Of a stretch of DNA of 61,311 nt, positions 27,352 to 36,396 are shown piece after piece. Location: the IMG/VR virus record IMGVR_UViG_3300043399_000562, positions 1 to 61,311 of that record; one strand, given 5' to 3'. The translations under genes were made by a program, and so were the position numbers. This stretch comes from a virus (taxonomy: Duplodnaviria > Caudoviricetes). The notes beneath the pieces were generated by a model that worked only from the letters and a program-made list of their open reading frames with translations, did not search any database and was not told the DNA's origin. Position 1 is the first letter of the stretch. Each line of letters begins with the position of its first letter.

Positions 27352-27560
27352 AGCAGCTTCTCCTTGGCCTTGTCCCGCTTGGGTAGTGGCGCCCATGCGA
27401 TCAGGCCAGCATCGTCTTTCCAGCGACCCCGCACGCAGATGCCGCCGATTGTCAGAAGATGAACGTCGGCACCACCGGGCGGCTTCGGATCGCCCGCACC
27501 TGGGTAGAGGTACGTGCTGCCGCCAGCGACATAATCGACGAGCCTTACGGGTGTCGTCAT
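27339..27560 (-). CDS. Hypothetical protein
   Basis: LLTIGGICVRGRW...AWAPLPKR phage-type sequence. Confidence 0.65.
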   Translation of the reverse strand: MTTPVRLVDYVAGGSTYLYPGAGDPKPPGGADVHLLTIGGICVRGRWKDDAGLIAWAPLPKRDKAKEKLLCIL

Positions 27561-27784
27561 TGGCTTTGCCCTTGGTCGATGCGACTCGACCACCAGATCA
27601 AGATGGCCGAGACGAGAAGCCAGCACATCGTGCTGAAGATCAACATGCCCAGTGCCTCGGAGACACTGAGGGTCGCGAAAGACTTGGCCGCGATGCACCC
27701 AAGGATGGCCATGCCGATCACGTCGAAGTACGAGAACTTCGTCTCGACGACGAATCGGTAGACGCTGCTGCGAATGCTGCTCAC
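27557..27784 (-). CDS. Small membrane protein
   Basis: Two hydrophobic segments; overlap-coupled. Confidence 0.6.
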   Translation of the reverse strand: MSSIRSSVYRFVVETKFSYFDVIGMAILGCIAAKSFATLSVSEALGMLIFSTMCWLLVSAILIWWSSRIDQGQSQ

Positions 27785-28077
27785 TTGCTGGTTCCTTCCT
27801 GCAGACGGGCTTCAGCCTTCAGGGCCGCGTACGCAACGCAGTCCTCCAAGCTGTCTCGATGCGGCTCGACCCGCTGACGATCGCGCACGTCCTTGAGGAT
27901 CTGCAGAAGCAGCCAGCCCTCGGACTCGGACAGGTCACGGCCGGTGATGACGTTGAACGCCTGGACCGTCTTGCCCATTGATCGCTCGCCCTCGGGGCGG
28001 TCGTACGTGGATGCCCGATCGCGCATGTGCTTGGCAGCGGCTTCGAGAATTGTCGGTGCGTACGGAGCGGCGTTCAT
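27781..28077 (-). CDS. DUF6378-like protein
   Basis: RASTYD..GERSM...GWLL...LK..R...HRDSLEDCVAYAAL. Confidence 0.7.
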   Translation of the reverse strand: MNAAPYAPTILEAAAKHMRDRASTYDRPEGERSMGKTVQAFNVITGRDLSESEGWLLLQILKDVRDRQRVEPHRDSLEDCVAYAALKAEARLQEGTSK

Positions 28078-28238
28078 AGCTCAGAGTCCTCTCGGGCCTT
28101 CTGGTGAGTGGCAAAGATCCACCCGTTCATCCAGACGACCCACTTGTAGATGTCAGGTGGGTACGGGCAAGCGTCTGGCGGCTTGCCCGATCGGGCAGCA
28201 TCTGCGCCTTGCTGCCAGACGCTGCTGCCGTGGCTCAC
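28074..28238 (-). CDS. 54-aa Rmf/CrpP-like small protein
   Basis: WQQGADAARSGKPPDACPY...WMNGW; GTGA and ATGA overlaps (hand translation). Confidence 0.65.
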   Translation of the reverse strand: MSHGSSVWQQGADAARSGKPPDACPYPPDIYKWVVWMNGWIFATHQKAREDSEL

Positions 28239-28516
28239 AGTTCGTCGTCATCGTCCAGGTCGGACGACGCTGCAGCCTTCTTGGCAGGCACCGCCTTCTT
28301 CTCGGGCGCGGCCTTCTTCGGCGGTGCCGACACGAGGCGGCTTCGCTCGATGTGGGCACACAGCGCAGCCTTGATATCGTCGAACTGCGACTCTTCCCAG
28401 AACATCGCACGCTTGTCGCGCTCGATCGGCTCGATGCCGAGATCTTCGGAGATGAACTTCGCCGAGATGTTCAGGCCAATGGAGGACTGAATTTGGGGGA
28501 GGGTGATGTTGGGCAT
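28235..28516 (-). CDS. Small protein with K/A-rich tail
   Basis: Has its own sigma70 promoter; ends DDDDEL. Confidence 0.75.
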   Translation of the reverse strand: MPNITLPQIQSSIGLNISAKFISEDLGIEPIERDKRAMFWEESQFDDIKAALCAHIERSRLVSAPPKKAAPEKKAVPAKKAAASSDLDDDDEL

Positions 28517-28556
28517 GGGGGCCTTTCGTTGCTGTCAGACGCTGCTGACGGTGTGG

Positions 28557-28585
28557 ATGATAGGTCGCGACAGGTGACGAGTCAA
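28557..28585 (-). promoter_or_regulatory. Sigma70 promoter
   Basis: TTGACT-17-TATCAT on the minus strand. Confidence 0.7.
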
Positions 28586-28597
28586 CAGAATGTGGAA

Positions 28598-29290
28598 TCA
28601 AAGTTCGTCGTCATCGTCCTGAACTGCCGGCTTTTTCGGCGGTTCATTTTGCACTTTCGATGCTGATTTTTTCACCAGATCAGCGGGTTTTTTGCCACCC
28701 GTGGCATCGCGGATGGCAGACCAGGCTGCAATCATCACCTTGGCCTGATGCATCGCATCGTCCAGCGCGTTGTGGTGCGTACCCTCGCGCTTCACGCTGT
28801 CCATGTTGAAGTCCACGAGCGACTCGGCTGCATCGATGAGCGTGCGCATGTCGCGGATCTTCCAGTAGGCCCCGGACCAAGGGGGCTCAAGGCCAACGCT
28901 GCCCACGTCGATCGAGTGCTCGATCAGCGTGATGTCGAACGTCGCCCCGTTGCCCCATGGGCGCGGGCAACCAAGGCTGCGGACGAACGTGACGAAGTTC
29001 AGCATTGCGCTCGGCAAGGCCATCTTTCGTTCCCGAGCGGCATCACCAGTCTCGAAGATCCGCTGTGCCCCCTTCGCCTGCGTGATCCACCAGGCGATCG
29101 TGCTTGCGCTCGGCTTGCAATGCTTGATGGCTGAGTCCGGGTCGATCTCCTGATAGAAGGTCGGGCCGACCTTGCCGGTGTCGCGGTTGAAGGCTACGGC
29201 TCCCACGCTCAGGATCGGGGCGTTGTACTTCGTGCCGAGTGTCTCTAGGTCGATCGACACATCGGTCCACGGGAACGGATTGGTGCTCAT
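28598..29290 (-). CDS. 3'-5' exonuclease (DEDDh, exonuclease VIII-associated type)
   Basis: IDLETLG, WGNGATFD, RDMRT, HNALDDA. Confidence 0.85.
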   Translation of the reverse strand: MSTNPFPWTDVSIDLETLGTKYNAPILSVGAVAFNRDTGKVGPTFYQEIDPDSAIKHCKPSASTIAWWITQAKGAQRIFETGDAARERKMALPSAMLNFVTFVRSLGCPRPWGNGATFDITLIEHSIDVGSVGLEPPWSGAYWKIRDMRTLIDAAESLVDFNMDSVKREGTHHNALDDAMHQAKVMIAAWSAIRDATGGKKPADLVKKSASKVQNEPPKKPAVQDDDDEL

Positions 29291-29371
29291 GATGGTGAGT
29301 AAGTTCGTGCCAACCCCAACCGCTTGCAGCGGCGCAGAGCATGGCGATGTAGAAGTAGGCTGTCTCGCGCA

Positions 29372-29473
29372 CTACGGGATCAGAGCCACGCCGAGCGCAC
29401 ATACAGCCATGACGATGGAGACGACGAAAGTCGGCAGCCAACGGCCAACTGTCTCAAGGATGATGTCTTTCAT
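29372..29473 (-). CDS. Small hydrophobic peptide
   Basis: ATGA-coupled; MKDIILETVGRWLPTFVVSIVMAVCALGVALIP. Confidence 0.45.
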   Translation of the reverse strand: MKDIILETVGRWLPTFVVSIVMAVCALGVALIP

Positions 29474-29628
29474 CGCTGCAGAGTTGCGGGAACGCCGATG
29501 CTCATCAGTGTCGTGATCAGGTCGATCGGCACCCCAAGGTGATCGGCCACCTCGGACAGTCCGGCGATCAGCAGGCCGATGAGGATGACGCACAGGGCCA
29601 CGATCAACATCAGGACAACTGGCCTCAC
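29470..29628 (-). CDS. 52-aa membrane peptide
   Basis: GTGA-coupled; hydrophobic N-terminus (hand translation). Confidence 0.45.
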   Translation of the reverse strand: MRPVVLMLIVALCVILIGLLIAGLSEVADHLGVPIDLITTLMSIGVPATLQR

Positions 29629-29867
29629 AGTTCATCGTCCTCTTCTTCCGTGTAGCTCGCAGTGACCTCGATCGAGCCGTCGGCCAGGAAGCTGTACGTG
29701 ATCGAGCCATCGAGCCCCGGCCGGAACCACGGCACGATGCCGCCCATCACAGGCACGTCGCGCCGTCTGAGGGCAGACGTGACGTGGTTGCCCAGCGCGA
29801 TGCTGTTCTCGCACAGCCGCAGACGATCGACGTCGTTCTTGATGACCTTGATCTTGACGGTCGTCAC
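29625..29867 (-). CDS. Hypothetical protein
   Basis: GTGA-coupled with SD; ends EEEDDEL. Confidence 0.7.
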   Translation of the reverse strand: MTTVKIKVIKNDVDRLRLCENSIALGNHVTSALRRRDVPVMGGIVPWFRPGLDGSITYSFLADGSIEVTASYTEEEDDEL

Positions 29868-30844
29868 AGCGCATCGTCTCCTTCAGCGATGGCCGACAGC
29901 GCCATGGCTGCAGTCATGATGTGCTTGCGCCGCAACCACAAAGACGCTTCCCAAGCCCGCGCCCGGTCGTCCTTGTCGCCAGCGTCGTCGCTCGACTCGA
30001 TGACGTTGATCCGCTTGAACGTGAAGGAGTCGGTCAAGGTGAACTCGACCGTCTCGTCCTGGTCGGTGATGTGGAGTTCGCGGATCTCGTAGCCGTCGTC
30101 CAGCAGGCGCAGCGCGTTGTCGCTGATCATGCTGACGTTCTTCATCCGAACGACCCGGGCCGACTCTTCCGCATCGTCCTTGAAGAGCACACCGCTGTAG
30201 CTCGGCACGTAATCGTGCTCGTCGTTGCGCACGAGCGGCAACAGGATCTCCGAACCGACGCGCACCTCCGGATCGACGTAGGAGGCAATCGAGGGTGAGG
30301 CGCCAGTGACAACGTCCAGCAGCGACATCACCTGATCAATCATCTGGTCGCACCGACGCGCACTCGAAGACCAGATGATGAAGGTCGAGTTCGGCATGAA
30401 CGTGACGAGGCAGTAGCTGCGCCGAATGAATGCCCTCGGAAGAAGATCGACCTCGACCTCGTCGCGCAGTTCTCGGTACTCCTTCTTGCTGACCTTCCGA
30501 TGCTCGCGACCCTCGATGTCGGCCACGCGCTTCTGCAGATGCTCGTCGCGCACCTTCGACGGCAGCACGCGATCAGCGATCTGCACGCACCACGTCACCG
30601 AGTTCGCCTGGTCGAGCGGGTAGTCCACGCCGGACAGACTGTCGATGAAGCCGATCGACTGCCATTGCGTCGGCGACGGGTCCCGAAACAGCAGCTTCTC
30701 GACCGGCTTGTCGGACCAGCCTTGTGAGCGCATCTCGATGGCCAGTTGCTCGATCTTGCGATAGGCCGCGGTGGACTTGCCGTCCACGTCCACCAGCTTG
30801 AAGATTGTCGCCGCGTTGAACGGCGGGAACTGAGGCTTGCTCAT
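29864..30844 (-). CDS. rdgC: RdgC-like recombination-associated protein
   Basis: QSIGF, RVLPSKV, VSKKEYRELRDEVEVDLLPRAF, SSARRCD. Confidence 0.75.
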   Translation of the reverse strand: MSKPQFPPFNAATIFKLVDVDGKSTAAYRKIEQLAIEMRSQGWSDKPVEKLLFRDPSPTQWQSIGFIDSLSGVDYPLDQANSVTWCVQIADRVLPSKVRDEHLQKRVADIEGREHRKVSKKEYRELRDEVEVDLLPRAFIRRSYCLVTFMPNSTFIIWSSSARRCDQMIDQVMSLLDVVTGASPSIASYVDPEVRVGSEILLPLVRNDEHDYVPSYSGVLFKDDAEESARVVRMKNVSMISDNALRLLDDGYEIRELHITDQDETVEFTLTDSFTFKRINVIESSDDAGDKDDRARAWEASLWLRRKHIMTAAMALSAIAEGDDAL

Positions 30845-31047
30845 TGTTTCACTTTCTCGGCGGCCTTCCTGCCTGCCGGTGTCAGTTTGTCTGAATGGTC
30901 GATGTACCCTCGGTGCCTGAGCGACTTCGCCACTGCAGGGATGCCGCCACCACCGTTGATGGTCGGCACCCCGTCCCACATCGGACGACCGGCTGCAAGG
31001 TTCAGAAGAACCCGCCGCATGGTCGAAGTAAGGGGCTTGGTGGACAT
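30841..31047 (-). CDS. Small winged-helix-like protein
   Basis: LRHRGYI...LTPAGR. Confidence 0.55.
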   Translation of the reverse strand: MSTKPLTSTMRRVLLNLAAGRPMWDGVPTINGGGGIPAVAKSLRHRGYIDHSDKLTPAGRKAAEKVKQ

Positions 31048-31421
31048 CACTTGGCGCGGATGCTGTACGTGATGCCGTTGGGTGTGTACTTCTTCGTGCA
31101 CTCGTAGAGTTCGAGCACCTTGGCGATGTGGTCCGGAAACACGGTCACCGACACGGCCGACTCGTCCGGCATGCTCGCTAGGCACGAGAAGATGGCCGCG
31201 TCGGCGATCGAGTCGATCTGCCGCTGCGCGACCGTCTCGACTGCCTCGCAGACCATGTCGTTCTCGGCTAGGCTTTCAGCGTGCCCCAGTTCGTAGGCTG
31301 CGAGCATGGCCTTGTTGAACCAGAAGATCGCCGTCGCCGGATCGTTGATCGCATCGGCCGACTGCCAGTGCTTGCCGATCAACTCGACGAGGGCCAGCGG
31401 CAGTTGAATGGGGGAGTTCAT
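31047..31421 (-). CDS. Hypothetical protein
   Basis: Overlap-coupled ORF within the operon. Confidence 0.65.
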   Translation of the reverse strand: MNSPIQLPLALVELIGKHWQSADAINDPATAIFWFNKAMLAAYELGHAESLAENDMVCEAVETVAQRQIDSIADAAIFSCLASMPDESAVSVTVFPDHIAKVLELYECTKKYTPNGITYSIRAK

Positions 31422-31660
31422 GTGTCCTTGTCCTTCCGAGGTGGTGAGGGGCGTTCCAGTTGTGGAATCGACGGGCCGGGAGTGTAGGCCGAGCAGTAGA
31501 AGACCTTCTCGTTGATGACTGCGATCCCGGCCATCATGCAGTCGGCCATGACCTCCAGCTTGTGATACGTGGCGTCCCGGTGGTTGACCAGGACGATCGA
31601 GCCGGCCACCACGACCGCACAGACGGCTGCCATCAACAGACTGACCAGACGGGCGCTCAC
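31418..31660 (-). CDS. Small membrane-anchored protein
   Basis: GTGA-coupled; N-terminal hydrophobic segment. Confidence 0.55.
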   Translation of the reverse strand: MSARLVSLLMAAVCAVVVAGSIVLVNHRDATYHKLEVMADCMMAGIAVINEKVFYCSAYTPGPSIPQLERPSPPRKDKDT

Positions 31661-32604
31661 AGCGAATCGTCCCCGTCTTCCTTGCCGATCAGCGCATCGG
31701 CCTCGTCCAGCACGTCCTGCATGTCGTTGCCAACCCGCATCGTGCGGATGTAGTCGGCCATCTTCTTGATCACCGACTTCGCTGCAGGCGTCCAGGGATC
31801 TGCTGCGGTGGCAACCGCTGCCGGTGCCGAATCGGAAGGTGCAGCTTCTTCGACAGCCTTCTTCTTCGGTGCGGCCTTCTTGACGTGCTTGCCGGTGATC
31901 TTCGTCTTGCCCTTGGCCTCGGCTTCCTTGGCGCCGGCCTTCAGCACCGTCGCGGCTTCCTTTCCGTGCTTCTTGATCGTCTGCACCGCGAGCGTCGCAC
32001 TCACCTTGCCGCTCGTCACCATGTCGCGCACAGCCTTCGGAGCCGCCAGCAGTTCGAACAGGTTCGAGACGTAAGCCGTCGTGTAACCCAGCTTCTGCGC
32101 GATCGTCTTGTTGTCGTAGCCGTAGCCCTGCAGCCGCTTGCAGACGGTCGCGATCTCGAAGGGCTGCAGGGGCTTGCCGCTGTTCGACGTGACTAGGGCG
32201 ACGGTCAGGTCCTCGGCACTGGTGCCGGGCGGGTGGACGATCACGGGGATCAGTTCGATCGCAGCGCCGGCATCGCGGGCCTTGGCGACCGCGGCGTGGC
32301 GGCTGTGGCCGTCCGTGACGTATACGAAGTTCTTGCCGTCCTCCTTGACCACGTAGCCGGCCATCGGCTTCGTCTTGTCGTAGCCCCGCTCGACCATCTG
32401 CGAGGCGAGCCACTCGATGTGCTCGTCGTAGGTCTTGTCGTGGACCCGGACGTTGAAGCCCGGGGCGATCCGGATCTCGTCGTAGGGGACCATCCACAGG
32501 TCGGTGCTCTTGGCGCCTGCGTCCTTGGCCATGCCCTTGACGCTGCCCTCGTTGGCGGCATCGAAGAAGGTGATCGCGTCGGCCTGGTTAGTTTCTTCGG
32601 TCAT
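31657..32604 (-). CDS. ParB-like protein (ParB/Srx domain + HTH)
   Basis: GFNVR, VTDGHSRH, SNSGKPL.PFE, IAQKLG. Confidence 0.8.
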   Translation of the reverse strand: MTEETNQADAITFFDAANEGSVKGMAKDAGAKSTDLWMVPYDEIRIAPGFNVRVHDKTYDEHIEWLASQMVERGYDKTKPMAGYVVKEDGKNFVYVTDGHSRHAAVAKARDAGAAIELIPVIVHPPGTSAEDLTVALVTSNSGKPLQPFEIATVCKRLQGYGYDNKTIAQKLGYTTAYVSNLFELLAAPKAVRDMVTSGKVSATLAVQTIKKHGKEAATVLKAGAKEAEAKGKTKITGKHVKKAAPKKKAVEEAAPSDSAPAAVATAADPWTPAAKSVIKKMADYIRTMRVGNDMQDVLDEADALIGKEDGDDSL

Positions 32605-32635
32605 GATGGGTTCTCCTTATGAGGTGAGGTGGGGG

Positions 32636-33496
32636 TCAGAACATCTTGACGATGCCTTCGACGTGGCATCGGTACTGCTGCCAGCCGCGGAAGTTCTTGC
32701 TGAACTCGTCCCGACTGAGCGTTCGAGCCTGATGCTCCGTGGGGCTGGCATGGATGGGACGCGAACCGACGAGCCTGTCATGCAGCGCGATGTCGGCCGC
32801 AGGATCGGGCTTGTTGCCGTCGTGCGTCAGATAACTCACTCGGGCACACCGGGCGGCCGACATCGCGACCAACTGCTCGATGGGGAACTGGGTGCGTTCG
32901 GTCTGACTCACGTAGGGCAGATGCCACGCCGAAGCGTTCGCATCCGACAGCCCTCGATAGATCGGGACCGAGTCGATGATCGCCTCGTGCATCATCTGAG
33001 CAAGGAAACGGATCTCGGGCTGTGCATCCTCGTGATCACGCAACTCGAAGAAGTTGTCCCACTCGGTTGCTGTGACGACAACGCTGATCCACTGGAACGG
33101 CTCCAGCAGACGGTTGACGATCTGCTTGTGGGCGCCCAACTCCATCAGTTCCTCGGCGTAAAAGGCAGCCGAATAGGCAGCGTTGAACCACAGGCGCCTA
33201 ACCGTCTTAACGTGCTTGGCATCAAGTTCCTCACGAGCCTGCATGCCGGGCTGGTTCTTGCCCCAGTGGATCGGCATGGCTGGTTCCTTGCACACTTGCT
33301 CGATCGTCTTGGCCACCGGGATCGCCCGGCTGCTGCTGGCGTTCCTGCTGAACATCCGGTGAGTCATGAACTCGCTGTGGATGAATCGCGGATAGCGAAG
33401 CTGGAGAGTGACGATCTCTCGCTTGTTGTGCAGACAGGCGTTTGCACTGTGGGCGATCACCTTGGCCTGGAAGCCATCTCTCGGGTCATAGGTCAT
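32636..33496 (-). CDS. thyX: Flavin-dependent thymidylate synthase
   Basis: HSEFMTHRMFSRNASSSRAIP, HKQIVNRLLEP, AQPEIR. Confidence 0.9.
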   Translation of the reverse strand: MTYDPRDGFQAKVIAHSANACLHNKREIVTLQLRYPRFIHSEFMTHRMFSRNASSSRAIPVAKTIEQVCKEPAMPIHWGKNQPGMQAREELDAKHVKTVRRLWFNAAYSAAFYAEELMELGAHKQIVNRLLEPFQWISVVVTATEWDNFFELRDHEDAQPEIRFLAQMMHEAIIDSVPIYRGLSDANASAWHLPYVSQTERTQFPIEQLVAMSAARCARVSYLTHDGNKPDPAADIALHDRLVGSRPIHASPTEHQARTLSRDEFSKNFRGWQQYRCHVEGIVKMF

Positions 33497-33553
33497 GTGG
33501 TAGGGCGGTGCTGCGGGTGGAGGGATCAACAGAATGTGGAATCGACTGTAGAC

Positions 33554-33730
33554 CTATTCGGTCATCCGTGCAACCCCTTTGTCGGTTTGATCGTTTGCCT
33601 TGGGAAGATGCCACATACCGCATTGCTTGCAGCGGTAGGGCTTCGGAGCGACGGTCTGAGCGTCCTGCCGGCTGCCGTAGCAGGGCCGGCCGGCGCACTT
33701 GCCATAGGTCTTGACGGTCTGAGTGTTCAT
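33554..33730 (-). CDS. 58-aa Zn-finger-like protein
   Basis: PYRCKQCGMWHL; ATGA-coupled (hand translation). Confidence 0.6.
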   Translation of the reverse strand: MNTQTVKTYGKCAGRPCYGSRQDAQTVAPKPYRCKQCGMWHLPKANDQTDKGVARMTE

Positions 33731-34080
33731 GCTTGCTCGGTGGTGTTGGTGGACGAATTGCGCACGATGCTGATGCTGTAGGTGACCTTGACCGGCAGGG
33801 CGTTGTGCGCAGGGTCGGACTCGAAGTCGGGCGGGGCCAACGGCTCAGTCTGCATGCCGAAGAACTCGACCTGACACATGCCGCCATCGATCTCCTTGGC
33901 CAGCCTTTCGAGGAACTTCGTCCCGCCGCGGTTCAGTTCGGACTCGACGTGCGGCAGGCTGTGCGAGGGGCGGTTCGTCTTGACCATCACCACGGTTGGT
34001 TCAAATTGATAGGCACGCTTCTGAGCAAGCTGGACGATCTCGTCGGGATCATCGATCCATTCATCGAGGCGACGGTTCAT
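33727..34080 (-). CDS. Hypothetical protein
   Basis: ATGA-coupled ORF with AAGGA SD. Confidence 0.6.
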   Translation of the reverse strand: MNRRLDEWIDDPDEIVQLAQKRAYQFEPTVVMVKTNRPSHSLPHVESELNRGGTKFLERLAKEIDGGMCQVEFFGMQTEPLAPPDFESDPAHNALPVKVTYSISIVRNSSTNTTEQA

Positions 34081-34328
34081 GTCGGCGTCCTTTTCGAGAG
34101 GCACAGTGCATAGGTTCTCGTGTCACTGTGATTCACCTCGAACGTGTGATGCATCTGCCGGCTGTTGAGCTTCAGATCTTTTTTGTTGCGCTGCAGCCAA
34201 AGAGCGAGCCCCTGCTTCTGCGAGTAAGTCAGATCGATCAGATACCAAGAGCCGACCGCCATAGACTCAATCCATGCGTCGTGGTCAATCATGGTCACGG
34301 TCTTCGTGGGTACCTTTATGCGGAACAT
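34077..34328 (-). CDS. Hypothetical protein
   Basis: GAGGA SD. Confidence 0.6.
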   Translation of the reverse strand: MFRIKVPTKTVTMIDHDAWIESMAVGSWYLIDLTYSQKQGLALWLQRNKKDLKLNSRQMHHTFEVNHSDTRTYALCLSKRTPT

Positions 34329-34335
34329 CTCGTCC

Positions 34336-34638
34336 TCACTCGGTCCTGGTGACGATGGTAATCAAGTACCAGTTGCGGCCGACCGTCATGAAGTCGGTGA
34401 CCTCGACCGTGTACTTGTTGCCGGTGCGCTCGGCGGCACGGCGCACGGCAGGCATGGTGTTGTTGCGTAAGGTGTCACGCATGTTCTGCAGTGCTTCTTG
34501 AATCGCCTGAAAGTTCTGGTCAGTGTCGATGCGCTTGAGGCGACTCGTGCTCTCGCCGATGCTGAGACCTTGCACGGCTGCGGTGAAGTTGATGCTTCGG
34601 GTGGCCTCGCCGTCTGCGGGTTGGATGAACATGTTCAT
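34336..34638 (-). CDS. Hypothetical protein
   Basis: Overlap-coupled ORF. Confidence 0.7.
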   Translation of the reverse strand: MNMFIQPADGEATRSINFTAAVQGLSIGESTSRLKRIDTDQNFQAIQEALQNMRDTLRNNTMPAVRRAAERTGNKYTVEVTDFMTVGRNWYLITIVTRTE

Positions 34639-35021
34639 GCTGATGCTTTCAGGTTGTTGCGGGGATGACGTTGAGCAGTGTTGCCGCTCGGGAAGATGTA
34701 GGTGCAGCGCGAGTCACCCTTGTTGCGCTTGATGGTCAGGACGGTCGGCGGCGTCTTGATGCCTGGAAAGAAGCGCGCACTGCTTGCCATCCTCCAATCG
34801 GGTGGGTCGTCCACCTCGATCCGATGCAGCGTGTAGTAAGCACCTCGGTCTGTCTCGTTGTCGAAGTAGCCCTCGGCCGCCACGCAGGCCCTGACCATGT
34901 TGCTGTAGACCCCAGCGAACTCGAAGGTGCTTTCGAAGTCACTGGTGTGCCGTATCAAGAGGATCACTTTGCTCTCCGTGCCGTGTGTTCGATGAACACG
35001 ATGGCTGGACTGTAGTGACAA
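34635..35021 (-). CDS. Hypothetical protein (start uncertain)
   Basis: First ORF of the leftward operon; true start probably lies downstream of the promoter. Confidence 0.5.
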   Translation of the reverse strand: MSLQSSHRVHRTHGTESKVILLIRHTSDFESTFEFAGVYSNMVRACVAAEGYFDNETDRGAYYTLHRIEVDDPPDWRMASSARFFPGIKTPPTVLTIKRNKGDSRCTYIFPSGNTAQRHPRNNLKASA

Positions 35022-35037
35022 GGCACGAACGTGTCAA
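35009..35037 (-). promoter_or_regulatory. Leftward sigma70 promoter with TGACA-N11-TGTCA dyad
   Basis: TTGACA-17-TACAGT. Confidence 0.65.
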
Positions 35038-35063
35038 ATGTTGACTAGATTGTGGGGTCTTGG

Positions 35064-35309
35064 GTTCAAATCCGAATTTCAAATTTGGAACGGGCGGGGT
35101 TGTTCAAGTAAGCCGGAAGGAGGGTGTCAACGACGCTCAGACCAGGCACGACCAGGGCCTGCAGATCGAATCGATTCTGAACCAGGCAGCCAGCCATCGA
35201 TCACTTCAGATTTGGGGGATGACCAGGCAAGGGCCGGCCTTGATCTGAAGGATCGAGTTCAAATCCGAATTTCAAATTTGGAACGGGCGGGGTTGTTTAA
35301 GTAAGCCGG
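35064..35309. repeat. 53-bp direct repeat, two copies (35064-35116, 35257-35309)
   Basis: GTTCAAATCCGAATTTCAAATTTGGAACGGGCGGGGTTGTTYAAGTAAGCCGG; one mismatch. Confidence 0.9.
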
Positions 35310-35426
35310 GAGGAAGGTTGAAAAACCAGGCCGACGATCCACCAGACCAGGCGGCGGCCGGCCCGGTTTTCCAACCCGCACGCGCGCTCGCGCGTATGGC
35401 GGTCAACGCGGAGAAAGCTGCCTAGA

Positions 35427-35494
35427 CAACGATTGACCAGTCAACGATTGACCAGTCAACGATTGACCAGTCAACGATTGACCAGTCAACGATT
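35427..35494. repeat. 15-bp tandem repeat, 4.5 copies
   Basis: CAACGATTGACCAGT, perfect copies. Confidence 0.95.
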
Positions 35495-35578
35495 TCTCCC
35501 TGGTGGCGGGGACACTGGCAGGGCATGGCATGCAGGGTGATCGGTGCGGCAGACAATGCCCTAGTGCTCTGCAGGGGC

Positions 35579-35609
35579 TTGACAAGCCCGGACAGTGTCA
35601 GGGTATGAT
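35579..35609 (+). promoter_or_regulatory. Rightward promoter with 19-bp spacer and dyad
   Basis: TTGACA-19-TATGAT. Confidence 0.55.
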
Positions 35610-35634
35610 CGACGCATCCCCACTCAGGACCCCG

Positions 35635-35841
35635 ATGATGAACAAGCCCGATCGATCCCTTCGAAGCGAGTTCGATGCGCATGCGCGCATGGATGACGTG
35701 CACGCATGGGCAGCTTTAGACATGCGTAACGCGGGGTGGAAGGTAGGGCGCCATGCCCTGCATCCCATGCCCCGCGCGCCCCGTCAACCCGTCCGGCCGG
35801 CCGGCCTTCTCGGCTGGCTGGCATCCGTGCTTGCCCGTTGA
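35635..35841 (+). CDS. Hypothetical protein (cos-proximal island)
   Basis: AGGA SD downstream of the promoter. Confidence 0.55.
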   Translation: MMNKPDRSLRSEFDAHARMDDVHAWAALDMRNAGWKVGRHALHPMPRAPRQPVRPAGLLGWLASVLAR

Positions 35842-35891
35842 GTCCACATACGGGCAATACTTCAACCCCTGAGACACAGGAGCTACACACC

Positions 35892-36377
35892 ATGGCAACA
35901 CGCAAAGCCCCCACCATCCGCGCCACCATCGGCAAGGCCAACCCGCGCGCCGAAGCACAGCAGCCGACTACCCCCATGGTCGGGGCCGGTTCTCTCGTTG
36001 CCATGCGTGACGGTCAGATGGTGGAAGTGATAACGGTTCGAACCTATTTCTCTGCCAAGGGAACCGGCATGCAACCCGTCCGGGCTTGTGTCTGGGTCAA
36101 GCCAGCCACCCCGGGGGGCGAGTGGTTCACAGGCCGCGGGTCGGCTGGCGGATGCGGGTATCACAAGGAATCCGCAGCTATTGCCGATGCTGTCTCGGCT
36201 GCAGGATTCGAATTGTGGGGAAACCCCTATTCGTCAGGCAGGGATGAAAACCCAGATATGAAAAAGCGTTTCCATTTCGGTGGTACGGGTTCATCCGCAT
36301 ATGAGGAGATTTTCAAGGCGATCGGCCGGGCTGTCGGATACAAGGGCCGGATGGTCTGGGTTTCCCATGGTCTGTAA
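35892..36377 (+). CDS. Hypothetical protein
   Basis: AGGAG SD; GSAGGCGYHKESAAIADA. Confidence 0.75.
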   Translation: MATRKAPTIRATIGKANPRAEAQQPTTPMVGAGSLVAMRDGQMVEVITVRTYFSAKGTGMQPVRACVWVKPATPGGEWFTGRGSAGGCGYHKESAAIADAVSAAGFELWGNPYSSGRDENPDMKKRFHFGGTGSSAYEEIFKAIGRAVGYKGRMVWVSHGL

Positions 36378-36396
36378 TTCCACAAACGGGCAATAG

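Noticed and set aside
35427-35494. CRISPR array
   Set aside because: Head-to-tail 15-mers with no spacers and no cas operon.
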